Source: Tubiluchus corallicola (lineage: Eukaryota; Animalia; Priapulida). From it: 64,000 bases of DNA. The position numbers and the translations under genes are program-made. The notes below the pieces were generated by a model that was not told where the DNA came from, did not search any database, and saw only the letters and a list, made by a program, of their open reading frames with translations. The stretch lies in NCBI GenBank assembly GCA_030141605.1, contig JAQGDQ010000166.1, positions 62,001 to 126,000 on the forward strand. Direction: 5' to 3'. Positions 40,784-53,900 of the stretch are shown here, piece by piece (the first letter of the stretch is position 1; every line of letters starts with the position of its first letter).

Positions 40784-42661
40784 TGCCAGTGAAAAATGCA
40801 AACTTAGTTGTTGCCGGCTCATGGAGAAAGAAATCACAAAACCACAAGAACATTTTTTAACTTTGTTACACTAATGAAAGGTTCTCTAATTAGAAGAGTT
40901 CAAAGGAGGCAGATCTTTATCAGCAGCTAAACTTTGGGGAAAAGCGATGTCGAGAAAAGAGGTTCCCAGCATTTCTTAGACTAAACCATCTTATTGATTC
41001 ACGTTTTTTTACTTTCTTTTGTGAAAACTTTAACGATTACATTTGTATAGTTAAAGAAATACGTTAAAATTAATACAAAGAAAGTTATGTTAGTAGTTGT
41101 AAGTTTGTAATTAGTAACTAATTGTTAGAAAGTTTGTAGCTATGAAACTAAAAAAATACAGTGTTAGTTTTTTTATTATTAAAAAGTAGTAGTTGTTGTT
41201 ATTATTGCTGTTGCTGTTGTTGTTGTTGTTGTTGTTATTGTTGTCGTTGCTGTTGCTGTTGCTGTTGCTCCTGCTGCTGCTGCTCATGTTATTAGAGGAG
41301 TCAGTATTTCGTGTGTTTGTACATGTGTAGAAATTTCTCTTTTTAGCGAATTATATGGCGAGGTTAATGCTGAAATAAAGGATGAATTGAATTGAATTGA
41401 ATTGACGCCTGGCAGAATGAGTGCAGTAGGGCATAGCTCTGCCGACGACATATTTGGTACTGAGATTCTTCACCTGTGTTAGATCTTGTTAAACGATTGA
41501 GTTTGCATAAAAGGAAACGTAAGAAAGCAAACTATTTATCTTTCATTCAAGGCTGCATTTAGCAATAGGCTTACTATGATGCATCCTGGGGCGTCTGATT
41601 TATCTGCGAAGATGCTTGTCATTTTATATTTATATAAAGCGCGTATTTTATAACACACCACTATCAGTAGCTGAAACCAACTTTATAAAAGCGCCATATA
41701 GCAAACAAACTATTATCACAAAAAGATATTATACCGCAAGCAGGTGCCCAGCCTACTTTGTACAATGGATTACCATAGACAAATTAAACATAAATTTTTG
41801 ACGAAAATTGAAAAAAGCTTTCAGTAACTTCAGTGTTTGCACTGTAGCAATGTAGAGTATCACTTGTGTGAAATCAGCTAATGCAGAAAATTTCAACTAT
41901 CCAACACTCTGATACACTTTGGTATCAAGTCTATTGTATTTTTCAGGTGAAACGACTTCAATTTCTCCTTGGCTGATCGGTTGCTTTTCTTGGAGCTCTG
42001 TACAGCAGACAGTGTGCTTGGCACACTCTCATACAGTAGCCGAAAAGTCATAGGTTTCATAAAACCTATTTTGAATGGCGCAGTCTTGAAGGAGTTAATA
42101 CAATTCGCTAATTTGATGGGAACAATCTGACTGGTAAAGAGGAATATTGGAAAGCTGACATTGATTCAACCGTTCAGCTTCATGAATTTTTCAGTAGGTT
42201 TACTATAACGTCTTTCCTTTCTGTCTTACTTGTAGATCTGGTAGTGACTGTCAATCTTTTGTCCAAAATGCAAAGAGGCAGTGAATGGAATATTTATTAT
42301 TGCCCCTCATTCTGCCTCCGCGTCCTTGCCTCTGAATGGAGGATATGGAAATCACGTGTAAACGTTTTGGTACAGAGAGATATTACTTGTCACAGAACTG
42401 GACTATTATCCTTCTCAAATCTGTACAACGTCTCGACTTGACAGGCTAATCCCAGCCATTACTAGATGTGACACGTTTCAAGGACGAAAACTCTTTACTT
42501 ATATAAAGCTGAAAAAATCATTTTGAAATCACCTACATGCTGTCTTATTGCGCGCAGAGCTTGCATTAGCAGTAACGCTGTATAAAACCTGTGATAGTCA
42601 TAATTAGCTATAATAATGAGAAGTGATAGTTTGAAATACGAGAGAGAGGGGAGAGAGAGAG

Positions 42662-42707
<46 letters not shown>

Positions 42708-43010
42708 ACGCGCATTCACGGTAACACACCACAGGCACTTGCGGTTGTGCAGCCTTTATAAACTGTCAAATTTTGTAAACCTCACTCTCAAGTTAATAGC
42801 ACTTTCTATTCAGGTATGTTAGTTTATTCTTTTTACTTTCTTTAAGTAATTTTACTCGGGCAAAACCAGTTGTGTCTTACTTATCCTAAGCAGTTATTTA
42901 TATTCTTTCTCTAATTTATTATATTTCAAATCAAGAAAGCTTATCTAAATTTTTTTGTTTCTTACTGTTCTTACATTGGTACATACTGTTTTATAACTTT
43001 ACCTGTTATT

Positions 43011-43052
43011 TTCAACTGATGAGGCCCGCTAGGGTGAAAGCTCGTGAATAAA
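43011..43052 (+). ncRNA. Minimal hammerhead ribozyme motif (Penelope-type)
   Basis: TTCAA CTGATGA G GCCC-gcta-GGGT GAAA GC TC GTGAA TAAA; stem I ttcaa/gtgaa pairs with one mismatch. Confidence 0.65.
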
Positions 43053-43701
43053 TATTATAATCTTTGAGACCCTAAAGGGCATTACGTTTTTCTCTGAAAA
43101 GTTATATAATTCCCAACTTCTCGCTTTTAATAAAAGTATTTCTTATTTTTAGTATCTAATATGTCTAGTTTGCTATGCATCTATTGTTATGTGTATTTTA
43201 CAACACTTTTCCTAAATTCTCATTTTTAGTAATAGTAATTCTTGTTTTTTAGTAAGTAATACGCTAATTTTAAGGTGGATGTATTGCAATGTGTTTTGTT
43301 TGTTTCAATAATGAATTTCTACTACTATAATGAAGTAACTACTAACCACACTTGGACTATAATGGAAATAACGTTACGTTTTTACAAATCCTAGTAAAAA
43401 ATAAATTTCTATTCTGTTTTCTATTCTACTCTACAAAAACGAGTTTTGATAACATTGCACAAAGTATGAAAGAATATTCACTCTTCACTCTCAAAGCAAA
43501 AGTTTAAATTACTTTATATTGTCAATAAATAAATAATGTGTTTATGGTGAATCAATGTGGTGCACACTGGAATAGCAGTGCACTGCTGTCTTACCGCCTG
43601 TTTTAAGAAAGTACAGTTAAGAAAGTTACATAAGTTTTTCAAACAGGTAAGCATGGTGTAGAGTAATGTAACTTTGTGTAGCAAATTTTTTGTGACATAC
43701 T

Positions 43702-44260
43702 TTAAAGGAAAACCGGACGATTGTTCAATCTCATTTTAATTTACTGTCCAAAATATACATTTTCTTGCCTACAAAAGTTAGCAGTTGTTTCCAGTATTTG
43801 AATAATTACCTCGGAAAGTTAATTAACGGCAACTGAACACAGCTATCGCTTATGTCACAAACTAACCACAATTCATGCAACAGCAGAAATCTTCCCTGCA
43901 CGTTAAGCACGTTTGTGTAAACGAAGATTGCTATAGGATATTGACGTGATGCCACGAAATTGAACTCTACGTCACGCTGACGTCAGAGACGAACAATGCA
44001 ATTTATGATCGTGCTTATCACGATACAGCTCCTAGATTTGTCGGCCAAGCGAGTGTGACAAAAACGCGCCGCTGCCATTCTTATATTCAGTAGATTTACT
44101 GAGCCTCCCGTAGCTTTGAAAGTTTAACGAAATTTGAGTATCCGAGGTAATTATTATTTAATCTAAGTTTTGATTTAAAATAAGCTATTGCAGTTTTCAA
44201 TATTTTAGAGCATTCTTTATTCTGAACTAAGGTTTACACAATCGTCTGGTTTTCCTTTAA
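43702..44260 (-). mobile_element. Kolobok-like family B, full length
   Basis: TTAA|AGGAAAACCGGACGATTGT...ACAATCGTCTGGTTTTCCT|TTAA. Confidence 0.85.
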
Positions 44261-44707
44261 TGCCTGCCAAAAATAAATATGCTATTAATGATTAGACGAG
44301 CTACGCAGGAAATATTTAATCATAAATACAAAAATGTCTCCTATTCGTTAAGCAGCTACTCTTTCAAATATAGAGCTTTTAATTGAATTCTTTGAACTCA
44401 AAATTTAAACTTGAATTTGAGTTTGAGTTTTATTTCACACTCAAGATGTATAGAATAACACGTACAATCACACACAAATTAATGCAATAAAAACTTACTT
44501 TCAGTTTTCATCAAAGTCAAGCACAGAACTGGTAAGATGGTTGTAGATCTCAATATTTTAGAGCATACTTCACTTTAAACTGACGTCTACACACAATCGC
44601 CAAGCTTCCCTTAAAATTCCTTTTTTCCTTCCCATTAAAAACTTTATGGAATTGAATGTAAAAAGACGTAAAATTAGTTACAAATATTAGTTAAAAATAA
44701 AACTTAC

Positions 44708-44875
44708 TTTGGCATAAAGAAGACTTGAATGAGGGTCATGCAGAAGAAGATGACAGCAGTGCAGGCGATGTAGTACTTAAACATGGGATCGGGTTGACGG
44801 TGGTATTCTTTTTCTTTGGCTGCATCCAGGAAGCTCAAAAAGGCAGGATGTATGTCTTCTGCATTGAACCATTGC
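44708..44875 (-). CDS. ADCY2: Adenylyl cyclase exon, C1b end/TM7: QWFNAEDIHPAFLSFLDAAKEKEYHRQPDPMFKYYIACTAVIFFCMTLIQVFFMP(K)
   Basis: ttacag/gtaagt, 168 nt; EKEY...FKYY motif plus hydrophobic helix. Confidence 0.95.
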
Positions 44876-44899
44876 CTGTAAACAAAGAATTGACAATCA

Positions 44900-45292
44900 A
44901 GAAGCATTTTCACAGTTTCGTTGTGCGGACACGTAGCTAGTGTAGGTCAAGGTTTAAGTGTACCACAGCAACGCGTCTTAACTACAACCATGGCGTGACG
45001 TGTGTGCAAAGCAAAGCCGTTTGCTGCATCAGTTACGTAACTTCAGTTGTTTTACATGGACTTTATTTAACTAATTATCAATGTGTGCTTAGAGTGATTT
45101 ACTAGCAAGATCTTGCTTGGGAACAAGAAAAAACGAACTATGTAAGGTTCTAGCTAGCTGTTAAATCTGTTACTGTTACAATAGAGTGGTCTGCGAGGCG
45201 CTGTCAAGTGTACACAAATGCGTCGTCTGCTGCACTTAAACTTTGGCCTTTTCACGATCATCATCAATCGCTGGAACTATGAAAGACTTATT
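44900..45292 (-). mobile_element. MITE family A copy 5 (inverted)
   Basis: Reverse-complement similarity over full length. Confidence 0.85.
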
Positions 45293-45375
45293 CGCCTATA
45301 TTGAAAAGGCTTATGAATAATTTTCGATACCAGTTAGTGTACTTATTATGCATAATGTATGTATGTGAGAAGTAC

Positions 45376-45437
45376 CTTATATTCCAACAAGACGTCTTCT
45401 TCTTTTGCAATAAGTTTGCTTCCACTAAAGCATAGCT
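45376..45437 (-). CDS. ADCY2: Adenylyl cyclase short exon, C1b: SYALVEANLLQKKKTSCWNI(R)
   Basis: ttgcag/gtactt, 62 nt; needed to convert phase 0 to phase 2 between its neighbours. Confidence 0.85.
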
Positions 45438-45861
45438 CTGCAAGAGAAATATTTGTGCAGATAATTTAAAGAACACAGCATTAGTATAACCACAAAATAA
45501 CCGTGCTAATCGATTTACGAATAAATATATTAGTAAGTTAATTTCAAAAGCAATGCACTCAATGTGTATATATTACATACAGTGAATTATAAATTTGACA
45601 TTATAGACATTTTAACATTATAAACTATTCTGCACTGTTACTAATGAAAGGGAGACATGGTTGTGCTGATGCTGTTGCTGGTTGTTGCTGACGTTGGTGT
45701 TGCTGTTGCTGCTGTTGTTGTCATTGATGGTGTTGTTGTTCTTATTGGTGGTGGTGGTATACTTATGCTAATGATGATTTCGAACATGACGACGACGACG
45801 ACGACGACGATGATGATGATGATGATGACGACGAATTTAAAAAAATAAGAAATCCGTATAC

Positions 45862-46008
45862 CGTCAGTTCAATGTTCTTTGCAACAGTACCCTCTGTTAT
45901 ATTGGCAAAAGGTTTGTCAGCTCCCCATGATTCTAAATAGCTTGCAACACGAAGGCTTCCTCTAGCCAACTCATGATCAGCGTGGTTAGCCTCGTGTTTC
46001 TCTTCCTT
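45862..46008 (-). CDS. ADCY2: Adenylyl cyclase exon, C1b: KEEKHEANHADHELARGSLRVASYLESWGADKPFANITEGTVAKNIELT
   Basis: ttctag/gtatac, 147 nt; YLESWGA.KPFA is the AC2/4/7 C1b signature. Confidence 0.93.
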
Positions 46009-46080
46009 CTAGAACATTGAAAAAATGCCAGAAAATCAGAAAAACACTTTCCCAAATTACCTAACAACTAAAGCTATCAT

Positions 46081-46407
46081 TAATTAATTATGACTGTGAT
46101 TAGCAGAAGTTGCCGGCTAATTTTGGAAAGTATTGATACCAGTATTCCCCTACTGACATGGGTATAGGTGGCTGTTGGATTGTGAGCTACAAGAAGGAAG
46201 TCTTGGACCTGCTCTATTATGCTGGTAGCTTAGGTGGTAGAGCATGGGAGTACTAATCCCAAGTCTCGAGTTCAAATCCAGACTAGTCCACAATTTTTCA
46301 GTGTCTCCTTTCTCCAACTCATTACCAGCAATGAGTAATAATTGGTAAGATAAACCGGTTTAAAAATGGTTTATTAATGTTTTGGCAATCACCGTCATAA
46401 TTAATTA
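46081..46407. mobile_element. TIR element with an internal tRNA-derived head (46221-46290, + strand)
   Basis: TIR taattaattatgacKgtgatt; A-box TAGCTTAGGTGG, B-box GAGTTCAAATCC. Confidence 0.65.
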
Positions 46408-46586
46408 GCAAATTAGTAATTTTCATCACATATGAATAGTTAGCTACTAGCAGACCATAAAAAGCATTGTCAGCACCTGCTACCAAACATTTAATTTTTA
46501 TACATACATACTATTCCACATCAATCCTTTGTAAACTGGTACAATCTTCACACTAAAAGGTACCGAAATGTTTTGCTGATTGTTAC

Positions 46587-46722
46587 CTCTGGTGGAATGA
46601 TGAAGAAAGTTTCTATTCCTGCTTCTTTTAGGAATTCGTCATGATCCTGTGCAAAGGCAGGGTGCACCTTCCATTTCGTGGAGTCTAACTGTGACAACGT
46701 GGCTTGTGTTATATGTACTTTT
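46587..46722 (-). CDS. ADCY2: Adenylyl cyclase exon, end of C1a: KVHITQATLSQLDSTKWKVHPAFAQDHDEFLKEAGIETFFIIPPE
   Basis: ttgtag/gtaaca, 136 nt; VHIT...L...IETF pattern. Confidence 0.95.
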
Positions 46723-46804
46723 CTACAAATGCACATAAATATTTTAAACAATTTTAAACCTAAACCTAAAGTTTACTGAATATTTCTCACTGTTATTTTT
46801 TCAC

Positions 46805-46862
46805 ATTATTATTATTATTATTATTAATTTATTAATATTAATATTATTATTATTACTATTAC

Positions 46863-46920
<58 letters not shown>

Positions 46921-47071
46921 TTATTAATATTAATATTATTATTATTACTATTACTATTACTATTACTATTACTATTACTATTATTATTATTACTATTACT
47001 ATTACTATTACTATTACTATTACTATTACTATTACTATTACTGTTACTGCTACTGTTACTGCTGCTACTGT

Positions 47072-47147
<76 letters not shown>

Positions 47148-47189
47148 GTACTACTACTGCTACTACTACTACTACAACTACTACACACA

Positions 47190-47268
<79 letters not shown>

Positions 47269-47290
47269 TAACTACTACTACTACTACAAC
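46805..47290. repeat. (TAT)n/(TAC)n compound repeat
   Basis: Direct reading. Confidence 0.95.
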
Positions 47291-47512
47291 TATGTAACAA
47301 CATTAGTGGTGATAATTACGATAATAATAACGATAATAATATTGATGATGATGACTACATTGATAGGTTGATGATAGCTACAGTGTCGCTGGCGATGACT
47401 ACGTTGATGATGGCATAATGACTATGATCATGACAATGACATGCTCGAAGACGACGACGACGATGATGATGATGACGATAACTACTACAATTAAGACAAG
47501 CCTTTATCTTAC

Positions 47513-47671
47513 CCAGGCGATCCGCTCGACTCCATATGATTAGCAATCGTGACGTCATCGGACCACACGTCGTACTGCCATTTACGTAGTCCGATGACGC
47601 CACATAAGACGTCACCGGAATGAATGCCAATTCTCATGTCAACATTGACACCCGTAGCTTGACGAACGGCC
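47513..47671 (-). CDS. ADCY2: Adenylyl cyclase exon, C1a: [52 protein letters not shown](G)
   Basis: ttgcag/gtaaga, 159 nt; class III cyclase motifs. Confidence 0.97.
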
Positions 47672-48439
47672 CTGCAAAAGTTTCAAAGAAAGTTTAATTC
47701 AGTTAAGGTTTTTTGAAAACTGACGCCTACCAATAAATGACGTCGTGCGATTAAAATGGCGCGCAGAATATTCGCCGCAAAAGCACGTAAATGGAAGATT
47801 AATTACAATTTCTAACTCTATTATCTTGCAAAGCGTTGCTCTGTTAAGAGCAACTCGATACACCATAAAAAATGAAGCCGTGGATAATATAGATGAAGCC
47901 AGTGATATTATAGTGCGTCATTAAAAAGCAAAGTACCATATGCAACGAAGCCTCAATGATAATTGTCAACTCATTTCGATTTTATGACCTCTTGTTATCG
48001 CTTATATAAGGCAGTAAATGTGAAGTTATCGACGGCAAGTTTTATTGCTAAATAAAACGATGTATTAAAACTGGAGACATAATAAATTGTTATTGGAAGC
48101 CACAAGTGCTTAAACCACAAGAAACCTTCCACTCACATACTGCCTTTTGCATACAGAGCTTGCGTAGGCAGTAACGCTGCATAAAGCTTGTAAATTTAAA
48201 GCACCCACGATGACACTCTGATAATTAAATAATAGATTAAAAGATAGATGAACAAGAACGAATAAATAACAACGAAAGGGAAGAAAACAAAGTAAATTGA
48301 GCATTTCACCCCCTCACAAAAAGGGGCGTTTATAGTTATAGTGTGAAATCTGCTGTTAGATTTGTATAGGGCAAACGGTGCCAGTACATTAGCTGACAGG
48401 GACTCGAATCTCAAACCATCACCGAGCAAATTCTCTTAC

Positions 48440-48567
48440 CGTATGGCTTCAATCATATCCAGTCCCATTTTTACACAGTTTGCAGCGTGGGTGGGTCGAG
48501 AAATCGGCATTCCGCTCACGCAGTAGTAACAATCCCCCAAGATTTTGATCCGCATGCACTGATTTTC
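48440..48567 (-). CDS. ADCY2: Adenylyl cyclase exon, C1a: [42 protein letters not shown](R)
   Basis: ttctag/gtaaga, 128 nt; second metal-binding Asp (LGDCY). Confidence 0.97.
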
Positions 48568-48683
48568 CTAGAAAAACACAAACTCGGTCAATTTAATGAG
48601 CCTCTTGATCACGTGAAGCTCAATAGGAATTAAAATTTAAAGGAAAACGGGTCGATTTTAACATCCTATCTCGTTTTGAACTA

Positions 48684-49110
48684 CAGTGTTCCCTCACTTA
48701 TCGCAGGTGTTCCGTTCAAGGCCAAGTGAATTTTCGCGAAGTAGGGACGCTATACTTATTTGGGGGCGCAAGTACTACATTTCGTTTTTGGTGTGTATAC
48801 ATCCGCCAAATAAATACACTATTTACCGCAAATGGTAATTTTTTCTGATTTATAATATTCTTTTAATGTTAGAATTAATATTTTTAATATATTTTTATAC
48901 ATTTTGTGATTTTTTTATGCAAAATTTATCAAATCTATACATTACTGTACAATACGTACTACGCATGTGCAAAAATACTTTAGACGGAGTACCGCAAAAA
49001 CCCGCGAAACGGAAAAAAAACCGAGATAAATATTTTACAATAATATTTTTGAAAACCTGCGAAACAGCGAGTCCGCGATAAACGAACCGCGAAGTAGCGA
49101 GGGAACACTG
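48684..49110. mobile_element. Tc1/mariner(pogo)-like MITE nested in a family C element
   Basis: TA|CAGTGTTCCCTC...GAGGGAACACTG|TA. Confidence 0.88.
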
Positions 49111-50365
49111 TATATTAAAAAACTATACTGTGAATGCGATTGTATATCCCTACTATGCATTACAACTTAAAATGAATCACCAAACGCCTGTATACTCTAT
49201 TCTCTGTAGACCTGTCGTTCTGATTTTAGTACATACCTTATCACAGTGTACACGTAGTTCTGGTTTTCGATTTTTACTGAACTGACAAATGTGATTTTAA
49301 ATAAGGCCACTAAAATGGTACGTAGCCATAAGTGATTCTACTTATACTACTAATTATCATGTAGTGACGATAATTAATTTCATATGCTAATAATTTGTCC
49401 ACCAACAATGGTATATTTTCCCTTTAATTTTGATTTTAAATGCAAAATACTAAATCTACCTACAGTCGTTTTTATCATCTCATTTGCTTACCTGTTTATC
49501 ACTACTGTTTGTTAAATATTATTATTATTTATTTTTCCAAATTATTACAGTTACTATTTTTTTCTTGTTTTTTCGATTTTCTTGTACTTTGTAAAATAAA
49601 TCTATTTCAGGTTTGTCGCATCAAATCAAAGCCGAACTGTCGTTTTTGTTAATATAGGTTTGGACGCATCTACATATGCATTTAACACCCGTTATACATA
49701 GTTACGCCATAGCGTTCTGATAACTAAATTATAGATTAATATCTTAATATCTTAATTAACGGCAGGCGAGCCCAACTATTGATGACGTCACAAACGAACA
49801 CAACTTTCAACAGCAACAGCGTGTTTGCGAAAGCGAAAACTGAAATACAGTGCTACTGTAAGATATTTAATATGTTGTACTAAAACTAGGCAAGTTTTAA
49901 GACAAAAATTCAAATTTCAAATTTACCGCAGTACTCCCACATGAGCTCTCCAACGTGTGTACTACGTCACAACTGAATACTCGTGAACTGAGCGGTAAAG
50001 CACCAATTTTGGTGTCATCTAACTAGAGTACCTATGTAGCTATCAAATGGCAAAATTAAACAGTGAAGAACCAGTCGCGCGAACGTTTCTGTGGTAATAA
50101 TTCTTTCGCGTAAGCCAGTCTTAAAAATAATACGTTTTCTTACAGTGTTTTATACGGTAAATTGGTTTGACCTAAAGTTTAAGACTATAACGGTTTCTTG
50201 TCACAGAACGAAGAAAATGTAAAAATGATGACTACATTCACCAGCTGCATGGCAATCTGTTAGCAGAACTTGAAGGTTATCAAGAACATTTTGCATGAGA
50301 CATTTCTTCTGTACAATTTAACAAGTGTCATTACAACTGATTTCTATTCATGTCAGTTTTTTTAC

Positions 50366-50477
50366 CTGTGCAATCTTGTCAAACCGTCCAAAAAGCTCGT
50401 TGAGAGTTTTAACAAGTTCGGGGGCCTCCATTCCATGTGCCATGGGCGTGAAATTAACAATGTCTGCGTACAGTATG
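50366..50477 (-). CDS. ADCY2: Adenylyl cyclase exon, C1a: (S)[37 protein letters not shown]
   Basis: tttcag/gtaaaa, 112 nt; contains the first metal-binding Asp. Confidence 0.97.
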
Positions 50478-50535
50478 CTGAAAAGAACAATGATGTAACA
50501 ATGTATCACATGCTCAGTATACGGAAAGGCAGTTC

Positions 50536-50932
50536 AATAAGCATTTTCATAGTTTCGTTCTGAGCACGCGCAGTTGTCGTAGGTCAAAGGTTAAGTGTAC
50601 CACAGCAATGCGTCTTAACTACAACCGTCACGTGACATGTGTAAAGCAAAGCCGTCAGTTGCATCAGTTTAGTAACTTCAGTTGTTTTACATGGACTTTA
50701 CTTTATTATGCATTAGTCTGTGCGTAGAGTGATTTACTAGCAGGATCTTGCTTGCGAACAAGAAAAAAATGAGCTAAGTAAGGTTCTAGCTAGCTGTAAA
50801 AACTGTTAGTCTTACAACACCTGGGGCTGCAAGGCATTGTCAATTGTACACAAATGCGTTGTCTGTTTCACTTAACCTTTGACCTTTCACGATCATCACC
50901 ATCAATCGCTGGAACTGTGAAAATACTTACTA
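50536..50932 (-). mobile_element. MITE family A copy 6 (inverted)
   Basis: Reverse-complement similarity over full length. Confidence 0.87.
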
Positions 50933-53900
50933 AAACCTACAAACTGTTTTCCCAAGAAAGTGATACACTTAAACAATTAACAGCAATAACGATGTCATTC
51001 TGTGCCAACTTTTGCGACAGGGCTTCCAGATTATGTCTGGAACTGAACAATGGAACATTATTTAACACTGCTTACATCGGCTCTTTCTTGTAAACCCATT
51101 TTCTCTAAAATCAAAAACGGAAATGAATAAACAAAATCAATAAACATAAGAAATGCTTTAAGCCACTCTTGGCGATATTTTGAGTGCTCCCAAAGTTGTA
51201 AATTTCAATCTTAGTTTTTCAAATTTGAACCATAATAAAGTCGTCGTGTTTGAGAAAATCAAAGTTACCAATCCTAGAAGCTATGTGCCTACTGTACTCA
51301 GTGAAGAAGCAGGCAACTTACTAAAGATGTCAACACTTCATCAAAAAGATAACGCGCAGAATGGCTAATTTATCTATTTCTAATGTTCGTGGGGCTTCTG
51401 GTATGTATGTAAGCCTATCTCTACCACATTTTAGTGACATTCACAGAATATCATGTTATAGCGTTCGAAATGGGTTACCACTGTACACTGGCAATGGCAC
51501 AGGTAAAGGTGAGACAAAAATGGCACATGAAAAAATGGCACAAATGGAAAAGTAGGTAAAAATGGCACAAGTAAAGGTGGGACAAAAATGGCACAGGAAA
51601 AAATGGCACAAATGGAAAAGTAGGTAAAAATGGCACAAGTAAAGGTGGGATAAAAATGACACAGGAAAAAATGGCACAGGTAAAGGGGGGACAAAAAGTG
51701 ACACAGGAAAAAATGGTAGAAATGGAAAAATAGGTAAACATGGCACACTTAGTAAAATATTTGCTTAGGATTATGGTTACAATGGGGATAATTATTTTAG
51801 TTATTTTTACCTCTGCCAAGGAAGTTAAGCTTCAACACAGTTTGTTTGTCTATCTGTTTGGTTGGTTGTTTTCGTCAGTTATGGCAGTAAGCCTATTATA
51901 CAAAAACTGTCTAACGGATTTCCAAGAAACTTTGTGAAGAAAGGCAGGTATAGGGTGACAAATTGGGAATTTTTGGCTGGTTCCTTTTTTTCGCAAAACT
52001 TGGCCGAACACCACGTACAAAAACGAAGCATTTCATGGAGGTCTCAGAGGGGGTGTTCAGCAATTCTTTTTTACTATCCCCACCAGGACACGCAACTTCG
52101 AGTCAGTTTTATGTTTCATTTTCAAGAAATTCTCACTTGTAAAACTGTGTAGCCTTTGATTCTTAGTGCAAGGTGACCTGGTACGTATATACCTATTTAC
52201 GTATGTACGTATTTTTCCTGTGCCATTTTTATCCTTTGCATTTTTCCTTAGCCATTTTTTCCTGTGCCACTTTACACAGGTAACTGAAACGCTAACAATT
52301 TTGCACACTAGTTAATTGTTCCACAATAAACAAGCTCCAAGTATGTAAACAGATAGTATTTAAATAAAATTTTCGAACTTTCTCGTGTAATTTAATAATC
52401 ACCGAGAATGGGCGGTTTTTAATACGAGTTTGCTAGCAGCGTGTTAGCAGCAAAATCCAAGATTGCAAAATGAGCTTTTCATGGATCAGCCTCAGGATTT
52501 ATTTCCGTTATAATTCAAACAAATGGGCGAGCTAACCGGCGCAAATCAGTGCTAAGTCGGTTATGAAAATGGAAATCAATGTGGTCTATTACTGGCTATA
52601 TAGTAAGCTGTATGTATGGGGTAATGCGCCCGAAATTGACCATTATTTCCATTTATAATTCGTTTATAACTTGGCTGCCGTCTATTATGGCTGCCTTTTA
52701 GAGCTGAACCCAGGAGCGGGGTAAATAATTAGAGATTTATGTAGTACTTTAAGATGTAGCTCTCTAGCGACGGCTGCTGTACGTTGAATTCTTTCAACCT
52801 GCACGAATATTCGTTGAAGGACGAGAAAAGAGGTACCTGAAGTAGGTCTCAGAAAAATGATCTTAAACATGATATTACTTTACAGCAATTTTCTGCGTAT
52901 ATCGTATTCGCGTTGAAAGGACTTTTTGTTTGTTTTCGTTTTGAATCTCCCGTATTACATGACGTCATATACGCACAACGTAAATCAGGGGAAGAAAAGG
53001 AAACGTTAAACTATGTCCCAAAAAAGTTTTCATGCCTATCTATATCACTTAGCATTTCGCTTACGTGACTTTTGACCGGTCACCTTTCTTGTTTTGCAAC
53101 AATTAGCCTGCATTTTATCTGTTATACATGAACTATAATTAATCACATATAATTTCATTTTCAAGGTTACTATTAATGACATGGAACAAACTCACAATTA
53201 ACGATTTTGTTTTGAAAACAAGCTGCTTTGAAAGGCACAAAATGTGAAGTCGGTATACGACCGGAAAAGCCTGTGCCCAACTTTTTAGCATTTCCTGTTT
53301 TTTAACTTTGTTTGGTTTTCATATTTTCGTTAGAGGACCAAAAACCCTTTACTTGCATAAAGCCAAGACAATCATTGGTCAAAGTTTACCATTGGTCAAA
53401 CATTGGTCAAACATTCATTGAACAAGTAATTAGTTCATGAAGCAGATTAGGGTTAGAGTTAGAGTTAGAGTTTTGTTTGGGTTAATCACAGGGTTGAATT
53501 AGAGTTAGGGTTAGGGTATTTAAACTGTGTGGGAAATTGTAAATCATTTTAAAATTTTGTACCACTTACATACTGCCTTATTTTATACAGAGCTTGTGTT
53601 TGTAGTAACGCTGAACGAAATTTGCAAATTCAAGCTCCTATGAATACGATAACAGGCCATTATGCACAACGATTTTGACGGAAGGTCATTTGTAACAAGC
53701 TTAAATAACAGTGTAAAGTTTTAAAAAATAATCAGAGCATTCGTAGCTCACCTTTAGTAACTAAGCAAACGTTTCCCGGACTTGCTATTGTCAATAAGAT
53801 AAAAAAAACATTTTTGGTGAATTAGTGGTGCACACTGGGATGGCAGGTAGCGCGAATTGTTTAAATTCGTAAGAATTTTCTTTTAAACTTAAATATGTCT

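Noticed and set aside
46221-46290. Functional tRNA gene
   Set aside because: Acceptor and T stems pair poorly; better explained as a tRNA-derived repeat head.
53445-53520. Interstitial telomere (TTAGGG)n
   Set aside because: Only a few degenerate units, typical of the repeat cores seen elsewhere in the window.
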